A stretch of 64,000 bases of DNA from Amoebophrya sp. A120 (taxonomy: Eukaryota; Protista; Dinoflagellata): positions 72,154 to 136,153 of the forward strand of contig CAJINV010000011.1 of assembly GCA_905178155.1 (NCBI GenBank). The letters are read 5' to 3'. Position numbers and translations under genes: made by a program. Positions 21,521 through 33,800 of this stretch are shown in pieces (within the stretch, counting starts at the first letter, position 1; every line of letters begins with the position of its first letter). Below the pieces are notes generated by a model. The model searched no databases. It was not told the origin of the DNA and saw only the letters and a program-made list of their open reading frames with translations.

Positions 21521-24017
21521 CAAAAAAAGGGAAATTTTTTTCGTTATTTGGTTTTTCAGTGCTGTTGCTGTTACTTCTTATACGCTGACTTTTTGGGGTG
21601 TATCTTTACAAAAATTCGCTCCACCTCGTATAGTAATTACCTGAAGCCAAAGCGCAAGAAGCCTGCACAGCGGTGCTACACTTTCTACTTTTAATATCTA
21701 AAAATCTTTGAACGAGAGCAATGAAGTTAAGCAAACACCTGAAGAACGAAACAAAAAACAGTGTTGAGTTTACACATGGGCGAAACCATCAATACTATTT
21801 TTGAGTGGGGTAACAAATTCACAACAAAAGGAAAATGTACTATTTTTGCGCAGCTAGAACTTGAGGAGCTAAAAGAAAAATAACCGATAAAAAATACTCG
21901 ATCGCCTAAAAGTAAAATCAATTTGCGGAAGAAGTCGCGAGCTCAACTTTCTCATGCTAATCGTCGCTGTGGTCATGTTTTCATTCAACAGTCATCTGAT
22001 GATTACAACACTTCATGGCAACCGGTTTTTCGTGGCTCTTCTACGTTCAAGCTTTGTCGAAAAAAAACGTTCTCTTAGATGATCAAATTGATGAAAGAAA
22101 ACGGAGCTAGCCTGGCACCAGAAAGGAGTTAGCGTGCCACTGTCATTTTTAACATGATCAGCGGCACAACTCTTGTGCGGCAACTTTCTTTTTGACCACG
22201 CCGGCTGCCGAGGATCACAAGATTACTCCTTTCTACCAGAATCAACTACTAAAGCACGAAAAAAATCTCGCTGTCCTCCCATGAGTCTCTTGGTGCAACC
22301 CGTGTTCTTTTCAGTTTTACGAATGCATCTAGATCTTTTACCATCCTTCCAATGCAACTGAAAATGATTACATTTCATCCCGGAATGGAAAGTATGACGG
22401 CCGAGATGGAAATGCCGAGCACTTCTATGCCATATTTTTATGATCAGCTGCGCCACCAAACTGTTGAAGTGAAACTACAGAAGTGAACAAACCGAGGGCC
22501 GCGAAATAGCCACGTGATGCCGCTCTCCCGCTTTTGTTCGATGAAGATTCTTCATCGCGACGCAAAGATGATTTTCAATCGTGAAGATGAAAAAAAAGAA
22601 GAATGAGTTTCAGAATTTTTCGTCCTTGTGGGCTCATCCGTAGATGTAGAAACTTCTGTGTTATTCCGCGTTACTTTCTTTGAATGGGTCCTTGCTCGTG
22701 ATATCGACGGTTCTATGCCGACCGAAAATTACGTCTTCTTTACCTCTGCTATATGGTATTCTATGAGCAGCTCCTCAGCTGCGTAGATCACTTGTGGTAT
22801 CGGGATTTGTCTATCGAGTACAGTCTTGGACTCCAACATTTTCTTCCTTGACAAAAATCTAAAAAAAAAATCGAACAAGAAAATGAGTATGTTACTATAC
22901 GACGTGGTCGTTTCATCTGCATAGGTCTCATCTACGAAGGTCTCATCCGCGGAGGCGTCTACGGTGTGGAAGACGATATAAGTCTGTTCTAAAATTTTTC
23001 GTGATAGTATCAAACTTGCGTAGGTGACACTGCGACAAAGAGATTTTGTTTCCCTTGCCTCAAAAAAGTTCGGAAAATTGACGCAGACCGAGGTTCCTGG
23101 GAAGCACAGCTATGGGTCGAGATGTGCTGAAGCGACTCCGTTAGACAGCTTAGGAAGAGAACCATGCACAAATCGACAGTTGTTGCTCCAGTTGCTTCTG
23201 ACTGTTCTGGTGTACCTGTTGAGATCATTTATTTTTGTGTCGACATGATGATGTTTTCTCGTGTGTCTACTAGCGCCTAATACCTACATGATGCAAGAAA
23301 AAATTGACCGGGTGACGTTCATTTTCCGTGTGCACAAAAGTTTTACGTAGATAAGATATTATGCTTTGAAAAAAAATTTTCTATACCAGCATGAAAGGTC
23401 TTGGGTGGAGATCGCTCGAGCACCAGCTGTGCATCAGCGATGTCGCGATTGAAAACGCACACGATTCTAGTACCGTCCGGTACTTCATCATTCCTTTGCA
23501 AGCTGGATAGTAGTTGTCTGTGAGCACGATGATGAGAGTGTTCATGGATGTCACCGGAAATTGCTGTTTTCATTTTGCTTATTCACTGTCACCGCAATCG
23601 GCCTTCGATCGTTGGCTAGTGTTCGGCACGCTTTGGTGAATATGAGAGTGCACATTTCCCCGCGCCATTCATCGGTGTAGCATGAACGGCAGCACAAGCA
23701 ACGCGCAAAATGTAGTATCGGCCGCATCTTCACAAATGTTCTGCACTCGGAGTCTCGTCCTGGCTGAGGTTCGACAATCTGGCGTGCATTATCATAGAGA
23801 ATTCTTGACTTCTCTGAACTTCGGATCCTTTAACCCGATAGAAGAGGACCTGAGAATGTTTCACAAGATTATTTGTTTTCAGTATTTCAACATTTTTACT
23901 TAGCGAGCGATGTTTTTCATTTATCAATTACTAGTCACGACTTCTTGTATAGTAGTTTCACTGTCGGCAGGTTAAATCATTGCAGCACATACGCTATGGT
24001 GATGCTTATTTTAAATA

Positions 24018-27000
24018 CTATTTTTCCCCACGCATCATCTCCAGCGCTAGTTTTTCGACCCGCCGCTGGTGCTCCTCGCCCGTTTCATCTGGGCCCTTTT
24101 CCGCCATTTCTTCGATAGATGCGGTAATATCGGCATCGAACGGCTTCTTGGGGGTCGCGACCTCGTCATCTACTGTGGTCTTCAGCCCCGTTTTCGCGTT
24201 GGAAACATCTTGATTTTTCGCGCCAGCTCCGTATCGCACGAAAAGAGTGTTACAGTTACAGTCAATTCAGCGACACAAATTTCTATGCATGAGACGACAG
24301 AAAACTTGCAATGCAGAAATCCTAAGGGAAAACACCTATGAAGCGAAGCTCCTATGCATATGCGGCATGAAAGAGCTGGTCTGTGTTGCTTGGCCTGCAA
24401 CACAATGTGTACTCAACTGTAGCACTTTTTTCTTGCGATATTCCGATCTTTGCTGCTACTGGCGTGACTTTCGGTCCCGCCCACACTGTATCCTGTGCAA
24501 AAGTATCGTATTCGTATAAATTTACTTGAATGCAAGTCTTGCATTACAAATCATTTTCTCAAGGCAGATCCGCATTACAAATTTGATTTCCCATGCTAAG
24601 AAAATTTGTAATGCATTTATAAGAGTACGGCACTTTTGCAGTTCATACGCTGGGTAAGTTTTTCCCCACTTCTTCTTCTTCGGGATGGTCGCGTCCTTCC
24701 GCAGCTCGTTCTTCTGCAGCTGCGGCTTTTTGTTTTGCGATTTCCAGTTCTCCTGCTTCTGGTTCTTCTCCGTCTTGCTATTTTTCTTGTTGTTCTTTTT
24801 CTTGAAGTGGGCAGCTTTCTTGTTCGCGTGGGTATTATTACGAAAAAAAGTGCTCGCACGGCTGTTGCTGTCTCCACTGCCGAGCTCCGAAAACTTCTCA
24901 CGCATGCAGACAATTTGGCACCCGCAATGCCTCTGCTCCCACTGCGTCTGTAGTCTGATTGTCCCAAATTTCCGCAATTTTATCCCACAGTAGAAAACGA
25001 AAAAAGCTGACGCGCGAAATCTATAATATGCAAATACAACCGAAACGCCTATAATGCACGAGACAATCTGTCTTCCATAGCTGGCGACCTGAGACGCCGG
25101 GGGGCTCGCTCGCGCCAGGCTTTCTCTTTGGCGCCGTGGGCTCTCTGGCACTATTTATAAATATCACGTCGGCGGGCTTTTCTTGTGGGATAACCTTGTC
25201 GGGGTTCGCATACTCCACGGCAACCTCTGCGTAGGCCCTGCATCGTATGCACTGAAAGCGCGTCTCGGTCATTTGGAAGCTTGTGACGCTATCTCAAGCA
25301 ACTATTTTCTCGCATGACAAAGAGGCTCGGGCATGTTTGGCCAGCCATGCAAGAAAGGCTCCACAGGATCAGGATTGCAATACACAAACAGCAGGCAACG
25401 CAGGCGCTAAATGCTCCAGATCGTGACCGTGACCGATTCGCATCGGATACGTCGCCGAGTATCCACGACGATCGCATTCTGGTCGTAACGAAAAGAGAGG
25501 AGCTATCCTGAGCAAAAACGTCCCCCATCCCACAGCCAAGTTTCTTTGTAAATGAATCTGCAACACAAAAAATCTTCAAGTTTAGGGACTTATGCATGAC
25601 AGGTGTATGTCTACAGCGTAGCGCTGAGGAGCAAGAGCAGCCGCATCAGAAAGACGCCTGCTTGTCCTGTTTACACCATTACAAACCCCAGAGCGCGGCC
25701 TCGTGCCCCATGCGCATGCGCATTAACGCCGTTTCTGTAGACGCCAACCAGCACGACAACGCTGGGGCGAGAACGTCTTTGCTCCGGATAGGAGCTGCTG
25801 CCCTCTTTCGTTCGTCCACATGGCCCAGAAGTCCCCCGCAAGTATGCACTTTGCAAAACTACGTCTGCCTCTGGATTTCTCATGCGGGATCATTTCAAGC
25901 ACAGTGCTCAAACTTGATGCATAAATGCGAGCGGCCACCTCGTTCGTCGTGCTGCAAGGTAGCTCGTGATGTAAGTGATTGATCGATTTGCAAAAAGCCG
26001 AGAGAGACTTGCCATGCTGTTATGCCCTCCAAATGCAATGCTCTTCATGCAAAAGCCTCGGCGTCAAAGACAAAACTTTGGTATCTTTCTAAGCCTACTT
26101 AGACATATTTGCATTTGGTACCAATCTCCTCCGGACCATAATACTCTTTCATGATGCCCCCCGATTCCCAGCAAAGCTTTGCCACCACCTTACCTTTGGA
26201 AAACCACTTGAAGGCAAACGCATAACCTATCCTGAGCAAAAACGTGTTCACTCCGTAGTCAACAAGTTTGGCACCGTGCAACACAAATCGAGAAGTTTTG
26301 GGCGCCACGCATGACAAATTATTCTCTGTATTGAGTTTCAGATTAGCAAGGACCGCCGCATGACGAAGCCATCTCATTGTCGTGTTTACAGCATGACAAA
26401 TGCCGAAAAACGGCTGAAAATGGCTCTCATGGGGATGTTGCGCATTACAAGTCTTCCTGTCTCTGCAAATCTGCATGACAACTGTGGTGGAGTGAAAACG
26501 TTTTTACTCAGAATAACACCGTGCGCATTGCTGTCACCGTTCTCAAACGTCGGCGCGTCGGCGGCCTGTCGCACTGCTTGATCTTGCCGTCCCGCATCGC
26601 CGTTGTCGCCCATGATGTTGTCCTCGCTGACTTGTATCGGCGAGGAGCCTCGTCCGCTTTCCCATTCGCCACTTCCCTCATGTTTCTCGCCACTTTCAAT
26701 CAAGTCCTTCTGAATTTGTTGGCCAGTCTCGTCGCAATGCGGCACCCGGTGCTCGTACCATTGCGCCGCCCGATGTAAGGTTGGGCCGAAAGCCGCTGGG
26801 TCGTCACGGTGCATGCACCCTATTCGATTCCAGCACTTTTCGTAGTCATCCAGGAACTCAGTGAAGGTCGCAGTGCAAAATTGTTTCCTTGGCGAAAAGG
26901 ACTCCTTCGCATCCAGGGCAAATTCAGGCACCTTGATCTTTTTTGTTCTACCCAGCTTGACACCTTCATTTTCATTTCTGCGTCCTATGCCCAGGACATC

Positions 27001-29252
27001 CTCGTGCAGCTTCCACGATTCGCTGATGACGGTCGGGGGCAGGGGGTCGTCGCTCTTCGCGTTTGTTTTCTTCGAGCTACCATGATGCTTGCCGTCTTCT
27101 CTGTGCTGCGCGGAAGTGTGGTTTTGTGGCGTGTTGCCCTTCAGCTGCTCCTCCTTCATCATCGCCTCAAACCGTCGCTGTTCCCCAATGCTTCCGTCGG
27201 TAGACCAGTACAAATCTGAGTCGTAGTACGGTTCCTCTTCGTGCGGGTTTTCCTCGCCGTTCATCATCTCGACGTCCTCGTCCCTGCCAGCCTCGTTGTC
27301 CGCTGCCGAAATCTCCATGTGAGTGGTCCCCTGCTCTTTGCCTCGCTGATCCTGATTCTCACCCGCACCACCCCGTGGAGCGTCCGCGCTTTCCTCGTCG
27401 CTGTCAACCATCTTGTCCTTCCCCACGGGCTTTCGCGGAGAAAGCTGTAGTCCCTTCCACGGTTTTTTCGGATGCCGATCTGCATCCTGTCCACGCTGCT
27501 TGGCTTTAGACCCGTCGCTGTTGTCCGCATCGTAGATGACGTCGTCCATTGCCACGTCAGACGACGCTTGCGAGATGTCCGAGTCGGAAAGTAGATGGTT
27601 CTGCTCTACTTCGTGGTCCGTGGCGACACGGTGGTTCTGCAGGTCGTCTTTCTCGGCGAGCAAAGCCGCCTGCCGTTCTTTTTCTTCTTCTTCCACTTCG
27701 AGCTTGCGCTGCTCGTCCGAGTCTGCCGTCTTCAACGCACCGCGACGCAGAAAAACGAAATATTCCTTCATCAGTCTAAGTTTCCCGTACTCGTCAAAGT
27801 AGAGGATTGCCTGAAAAGCCGCCTCGGTTGGCCGTCCAGCAGGTTTTCCGCCCTCATCCATGGCTTCCCACTTCACCTGGAAATCGACCACCGCAGAGCG
27901 GCGCAACGTGTCCACGAGCGAGATGTTGACCTTCTTGTACACGAGGACCTGCGTTTTGCGGATTCTGGCCCAGTAGCTTTTCATGGCCGCAGGTCCCCGG
28001 TTTTTTTCCGTACTGGATGTTGAAGATGCTGGAACGAAGACGCTTGCTTCGTTCAGAAATTCACTCACAAACTCCTCCCGCTCTTGGCTGTCTCCGTTCC
28101 AGCACTTGAAGTATCCCTGCATGAATTTCTTTGGCGTCCGTGGGTGGAAGAGGTCACGTCGAGTCTTGTTGCCCACCGTCTGCCTGTTCGGATCCATCAC
28201 CCGAAATCCAAGTGCGTACAATGCTTCCTCGCCCTCCGCATGGGTCTGTACGTAATCAGGCCGGCCGAGTTTGCTGGGCTGTAGCGGGACGTCGTCTTCG
28301 GACGATGAATCACCGCTACTTGAACTACCGTCGCTGCTGGCTTCCTCTCGTCGTGCATCATGCTGATGAATCTCGTCCTCATCACTGCTGCTGCTGCTGC
28401 CGTACTGGCTGTCTCCGTCGATCGCGAGCTCCGTGCGGGTACGCCGTAGGTCATATTCAGGGAGTTCTTCAAGTCCCTCTTCGTCGCTACAGTCGGAGTT
28501 CAGGCCGACAACGCGTGTCGTCCTCATTTTCCCCGTGAATTCATTGCTCTATCGCAGAGAAAAGTAGACGGATCCATACCACAAAAAATGTTTGTCTTTA
28601 TGGTTCCTAGGGCTACAAGCAAACTCTCTTTCGTTGTTCAGCATGACAAAGCCTTTGCTACCCCTCTAACTGCTAAACCGCATCACACACAACTGCAGTC
28701 TGCACACCAGAAAACTGTCTCCATGGTGGTATCCGAAATTTCCCAGGTCGCTGTGACGCCAAATGAACAACACCAATTCGCTTTTTTCTAGTGTGGGTCT
28801 ACTTTTCCGTGCCGTACATTTTTCCTCAGCTGCTCATCCGTGACTAGGTCTTCCCGGGGCTCTCTTTCGTCGCGCTTTGGGTCTTTGTGCTGGTGCTCAA
28901 CCGGTTGCTTTCGTTTTTCCTGACCCACCGGCCCGAAGCCGCGGGAAGAATCGATCGTGTTACCAGCAGTCGCTGTGGTGCTGTATTCGTGCCTGTGCGA
29001 AGAGGTACCTGTGGGAGAGTCCCGTGGCGTGTCGTGCGAATTGCGGGTCGCCATGTCATCTCGCATCTCCCCTGCTGTGGTCTCGCGCTTGCGCCTCGAG
29101 GAGGACCATTTTCCACTGATGGTTTTCCGGGTGCTGTGGTCAACCCTGTCTTCCTCACGACGGGGGCTTCGACGCTCGTCCGGGCTGTAGTTGCTGCCAC
29201 CTGCAGCTCCGCGGCGCCGGCCGCTTCCCCGATGTTGACTCCTTTTGCCCAT
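24018..29252 (-). CDS. Multi-exon protein with acidic/low-complexity regions and one, possibly two, SnoaL/NTF2-like domains
   Basis: ORFs 28788-29252, 26386-28527 and small downstream exons join across introners (RKN|SNEF, AHG|YAFAF, EEI|AGDFW, QQL|LSFRY, KIG|AGAKN). Segment FMQGYFKCWN...GPAAMKSYW...AILYFDEYGKLRLMKEYF has a SnoaL-like pattern. Two junctions (24833, 25290) are not cleanly resolved. Confidence 0.6.
24232..24440. mobile_element. Introner, family E
   Basis: TATCGCACGAAAAGAGTGTTACAGTT...AACTGTAGCACTTTTTTCTTGCGATA; direct repeat CTCCG/TTCCG. Confidence 0.88.
24489..24647. mobile_element. Introner, family B
   Basis: TATCCTGTGCAAAAGTATCG...CACTTTTGCAGTTCATA; direct repeat CACTG/CGCTG. 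Confidence 0.88.
24833..25079. mobile_element. Possible degenerate introner (family E-like)
   Basis: Left end TATTATTACGAAAAAAAGTGCT; weak right end and direct repeat; junction unresolved. Confidence 0.4.
25290..25449. mobile_element. Possible degenerate introner
   Basis: TATC...GATA ends and internal GCATGACAA; direct repeat poor; GC-AG splicing would restore frame. Confidence 0.45.
25504..25790. mobile_element. Introner, family C
   Basis: TATCCTGAGCAAAAACGT...ACGTCTTTGCTCCGGATA; direct repeat GGAGC/GGAGC. Confidence 0.9.
25843..26120. mobile_element. Introner, family A (degenerate)
   Basis: TATGCACTTTGCAAAAC...AGACATATTTGCATTTGGTA; direct repeat GCAAG/CCAAT; frame restored. Confidence 0.78.
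26228..26515. mobile_element. Introner, family C (readable as GT-AG)
   Basis: TATCCTGAGCAAAAACGT...ACGTTTTTACTCAGAATA; direct repeat TAACC/ACACC; inverted relative of 9687-9972. Confidence 0.88.
28550..28816. mobile_element. Introner, family E-like
   Basis: TATCGCAGAGAAAAAGTAGAC...GTCTACTTTTCCGTGCCGTA; direct repeats diverged; frame restored. Confidence 0.7.
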
Positions 29253-30815
29253 TTGCGAGATTGGCTAGAGTACGTCGCTGGACGAGAGAAAACACCAAAT
29301 TTGAAGTGCGATATAAGGATTTTGTTTTACGGTCCCTTATTCTAAGTACTTAATAGACCCGAACCCGACGGTACAACATGAAAATTGACTTTACACTTGA
29401 TTTTACGTCGACATACGAGAATCAAAAAGTTTCTGTACTTACTTCCAATATACAAATATCAGAATGAGGTATCAACGTATAGAAAATTATCGAAGAAAAT
29501 AGTTATGGGAGTCAAATAATACGGTTATCGGCGTTTTCCTCAATTCATGAAAAATACCGTGTACCTGCACAAAAATCTACTTTTCAGTCGCTAAAGTGTA
29601 CAACTACAATTGGGATTACTCTCTATTGCTGAAAGAATATAGAAATTTAGATTTACTGGGCCACTTCTAGATTGTATTTTTGTATCATTGCGTCTTACTA
29701 CTTTTTACCTGAGAAGCCGGTCTGAAAAACGAGTCGATATTAAAAACTTTGAATACAAATCACTGCAGATTTGTCCCGCAGCCTCTCACCGGGTGCATGC
29801 ATACTGTGTGACAACAAGCGAAGAACTTTTACAAAAGCGATGCAACAAACATATCCGTATCCAAGCTCACTCGGGTCTCAATTGCATCGTACTGCTCATC
29901 AGCATCCCGATTCTCGAGATCAAGAAACTGGGATCATCAGATGATCGTCCAACACGGAATTACAAGCGTCAACGGTGGATCGACTACACACATCTCGATC
30001 ACATGTGCCAAGCTCGCAGACGCAAATTCGCTTCGGCGGCAATCACATCGCGGATCCATCCCTAAAGCAAAGATCCTTTGTGCTTTGTGCCATCATAGGA
30101 TCTTCTCAGCTTGCGCTACTTAGGGGGACCTCCACCAACGCTTCATCTGCATATGGAAACCGAGAAATATTGAGAAACAATGTGATCGACGCATGATTCC
30201 CATGCCACACGAATTCTGATTGCCGAAAGACAAGTTGTGAATCACTCGGGAAACAAAAATACGTATCACGTCGTGACCTCTTTTGTTCCGGTGTGACGTT
30301 CCTGTGGGGCTTTTTTCCTTTTCTTCCAAATCGTTAGCAGAAATAATGTTCTTACGAACTAGAATCAATACTCGGCGTTGCTGCTGCAGTGTTGCAGTGG
30401 CGGACCGAAAAAAATTTATGGCACCGAAAACCGCATGTGTCTAAGAAAATGCATGCACATGCGGCCTTTCAAGTTCATGATCTGGTAGCGCAGCACCAGC
30501 AGTTGCCCATGATATAAAAACAACAGAGAAAAGCAAATGTTTGACGATGATGATGTTGGCAGTGTGCCCCTCGGCGGACTGCTGCATTTAGTGTTTATCA
30601 CGATATAAAAATGATGGTTTGGATTTGGTTAGAATTTAAAAAAGAGCAGCTCGATTAGTCGTTTATTCCTCTGACGTGAAGATAAAACAGAAGCGTACCG
30701 ACTGGAACTCTTTCATGGATGATATAAATTAAACTTGCGAAGCCCCTCTCTATAACGCAATTACGTGGTTGACAGCAGGAAAAGAATATTTGCTCCTGCG
30801 GAATGATCTTCAGCT

Positions 30816-33800
30816 CTAACAGTTGGTTCTCGGCACCTGTATTTCTTGAAAGGGATTCGTCGCGAGCCGCTGGAGGGTCTCGAAAAAATGCATGGCAAGC
30901 GTGAAGCCGGGTGCGCAAACTCCCTCTCGCAACGCCATCTGCAGTGTCCACTCGCCCGAGCTCTGTTCGTCGACGAAGGCATCGAGCGGGGCTTCGCACC
31001 ACTTCCGATTTTTGCGCGGGTTCGGTTTCGTGTGCGCCCAGTCCAGGACTTGAGTGACACCAGGGAACACTTCCTTCACCGCCGGCCGGATGTTCAGGCT
31101 GATTCTCTGGTGCAGCCACGGATCTGTGGCTGCGGGGGCCTTCCAACTGCGGTCCCGGAGGATTTGCGACAACTCGGAGATAGCACCTTCAGATATGTGA
31201 GATTGACATTGAGAAGATTGCATTACAAAACAAAGTTATAATTAGGTATCTTCATCGTCACAAGCAATAGCCCCAAATGTCGGCAATCTAAAACAACTTG
31301 AAGATATTGGGTGCCGATGGAACAGTGGCCCTTCACTACACGCAAATGAAAAACTTAAAGTGATCGAATACCATAGTAGGTCTTCGATCGGAGATTCAAC
31401 TCGAAGGTCCTGTCAACGACCACGTTTGAATATGAAGTTGCACAACGGCTCATCTTCGCCCTCATTTGTCATGCAACATGGCAATCAGAATCAAATCAAA
31501 TCATGATACAGTCTCTCTCCGCCTTGTTACGTTGTCTCCATGACAGATTGCTATTCCGCGGCGAGAACTGTGCACTGCGATGAAACTACATCATTTGCCG
31601 GCTCTTACAAATATGTTACTGCTCATGAACTGCATGAAATGACGGCGGGTGAGAGTCGTGCAATCTGATATTGCGACGAGCTCCTCCTCGTTCGCGCCGT
31701 CTCGGTTGGGAACCAGGATGCGGTACGGAAGAATGCCTTGTTTGAGAGTATCTGTAGCGGTGGGTGGCGAGGGCCACTGCGCATTTGAAAAGCTGCCCTG
31801 CCGCACCTGATCATTTACACTGCTGTTGTCGTGGCCCTTTAATATTTCCTCGCGGTCTTGCTCAGCTAGTTTCTGCTGGTTCTCAAGCATCTCCCGCCCG
31901 GCATAGTGCAGCGGCTTTAGCTTCTCGAAGTTATCGCTGCTGATCGAATAGGGAAGATACTCTTTTTCGTTGACGTAATACGCCAAGTGCGAACCCCACT
32001 GCTTGGGATGCACTGATTTCCACTCGTCGTAGCTGCTCCTCCGTGAAGAGGACCACCGCCAGTTTTGCTGCGGCTCCCAACTTCCTTGCGTCTTCTTGGT
32101 GTCAACAGCAGGTCCTGTGCTAGAGTTATTTCTTTGCCGAACATCAACATCTTGTTCACCGGGCCTTTTGCCGTCGTTTGATTTTTGTGCTTTCGTGCCA
32201 GCGTCGTCGTTTATTCCAGAGTGAGGCTGCATCGCATGGTTCGATGCGGTTTGCCCTCGTGGTTCTTGTGCAGGACTCGATTTATTTGTGAGTTCCTGCA
32301 CGACCTGGTCCGCCTCAAGAATCGTTGGAAGCAAATGCTGTTGATCTACTATTTCCGCAGTTTGTTCCGGGTTCGATCCGACAAGGGAAGCAGCAGAACC
32401 CGCATCTTTAGCTTTACTGTCGGAAAGAAGTTTATTTGATGTGCATGTGCTACCCCATGATGGCTGCTCCGTTGTTCCGCCGACCTTTGGCTCCACCTCC
32501 GCGGGAGGCTGCTGTCTAGATGAAGGAATGGGGGCAGCTGGCTGGTAGATCCAGTTCTCTTTCCTCCGCATGTGGACGTTTTCGTAGTACCAGTGGGTCG
32601 CCAAGGTCGACTGGTAGTACGCGATGCCGATGACGGCACACAAAATGTGGTCGACCGGAATCTGGAAGGTTTTCGAGACGCGCTTCACCAGCACCATCGC
32701 CGTGCGCTCGATGTTGAGGAAGAACTGCATGCCCCACCCCTTCACCTGCAGGGGTCCTGCCCAGTAGGCGCAGGCAGCGTCGCTGAACAGAATGTGTTCC
32801 TGCTTCAGCTGGTACGGCGTCAACGACGAGGAACCGGCGGTGGCCAGCTGCATGGCTTGGGAGTTGCCCAGGCTGTGGTTCTGTACGTGATTCCAAAACA
32901 GGCCCTTCTTCAGCCGCTCCTCCAGGACATCGAACGTGGAGATCGTAGGCAGGGGCGGAACTGCAATGCGTACTCGTGATGGGTTCGTTATCTTTCGCAC
33001 GACCGGCTTTCCGCTTTTTTCATCTTTTTGTTTCCACGAGCTGTCTGCCACGTCGTCGACTCCCGTGCTGTAGTCCGTCTTCGTGGCTCGCTCCAAGAAC
33101 CCCGGAGACTGTTTTTCCAGTTCCAGTTTCAGCTCTCTTGTCGATAGCGTATCCACCTTTCTTCTCCAGGCCGCTGCCCTCTTGCTGGCCCGTGCCATGG
33201 AGTCGCGCGAAGACGATGTTGTTCCGGCAGCGGCGTTTGTGAACAGCAATTGAAAATCTGCGAGCCGATCAACGTCCGCATCAAGCTCCAAATCCGCCGT
33301 GACGAAGGGAACCAGGAACACATTGCTTTTTTGCTGTTCCTGCGATGACGTCGACGGGGAATGGTGCTCCTTTGCTCTTGCTGGTGCGAATGCAGCTTCG
33401 CTTTGCGGTTTTCCCTGCGCCTGCCCGTCCGGGTGGTCGTGAAGAGGGCTAGGAGACCAGTCGCATTTTTCCTGATTTCCAAACGCCTCTTCGTCTCGCC
33501 ACTCGATGCGGTGTGGGAGGCGCAGCGCCATTTTGGCTCGCGGGGAGTCCGGCTCTTGCAGACGCCCAACAGCGACGAAGGACGCACAACTTCTTGTTTC
33601 GTTGCATGAGGTAGTTCTTGTACCATCCTTTTCTTCCACAACACCGCGCACATCATCGGGCTCAAGCGCGAAGTCGTAGATACCGCCAACGCGCACCGTT
33701 GCACCACCATCGCTCGATTTATTTTCACCCGGACGGGGAATTGTTTTCATCCTCACCGCGCAAGAATACAAGTTCGGTGAACTACAAACCGCCACTGGAG

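Noticed and set aside
21700-23950. Short ORFs including an ADET/VDET micro-repeat at ~22910-22950
   Set aside because: AT-rich, short and unsupported; treated as intergenic/UTR.
33526-33539. GCCATTTTGGCTC spliced-leader-like 13-mer
   Set aside because: It is antisense within a long coding exon.
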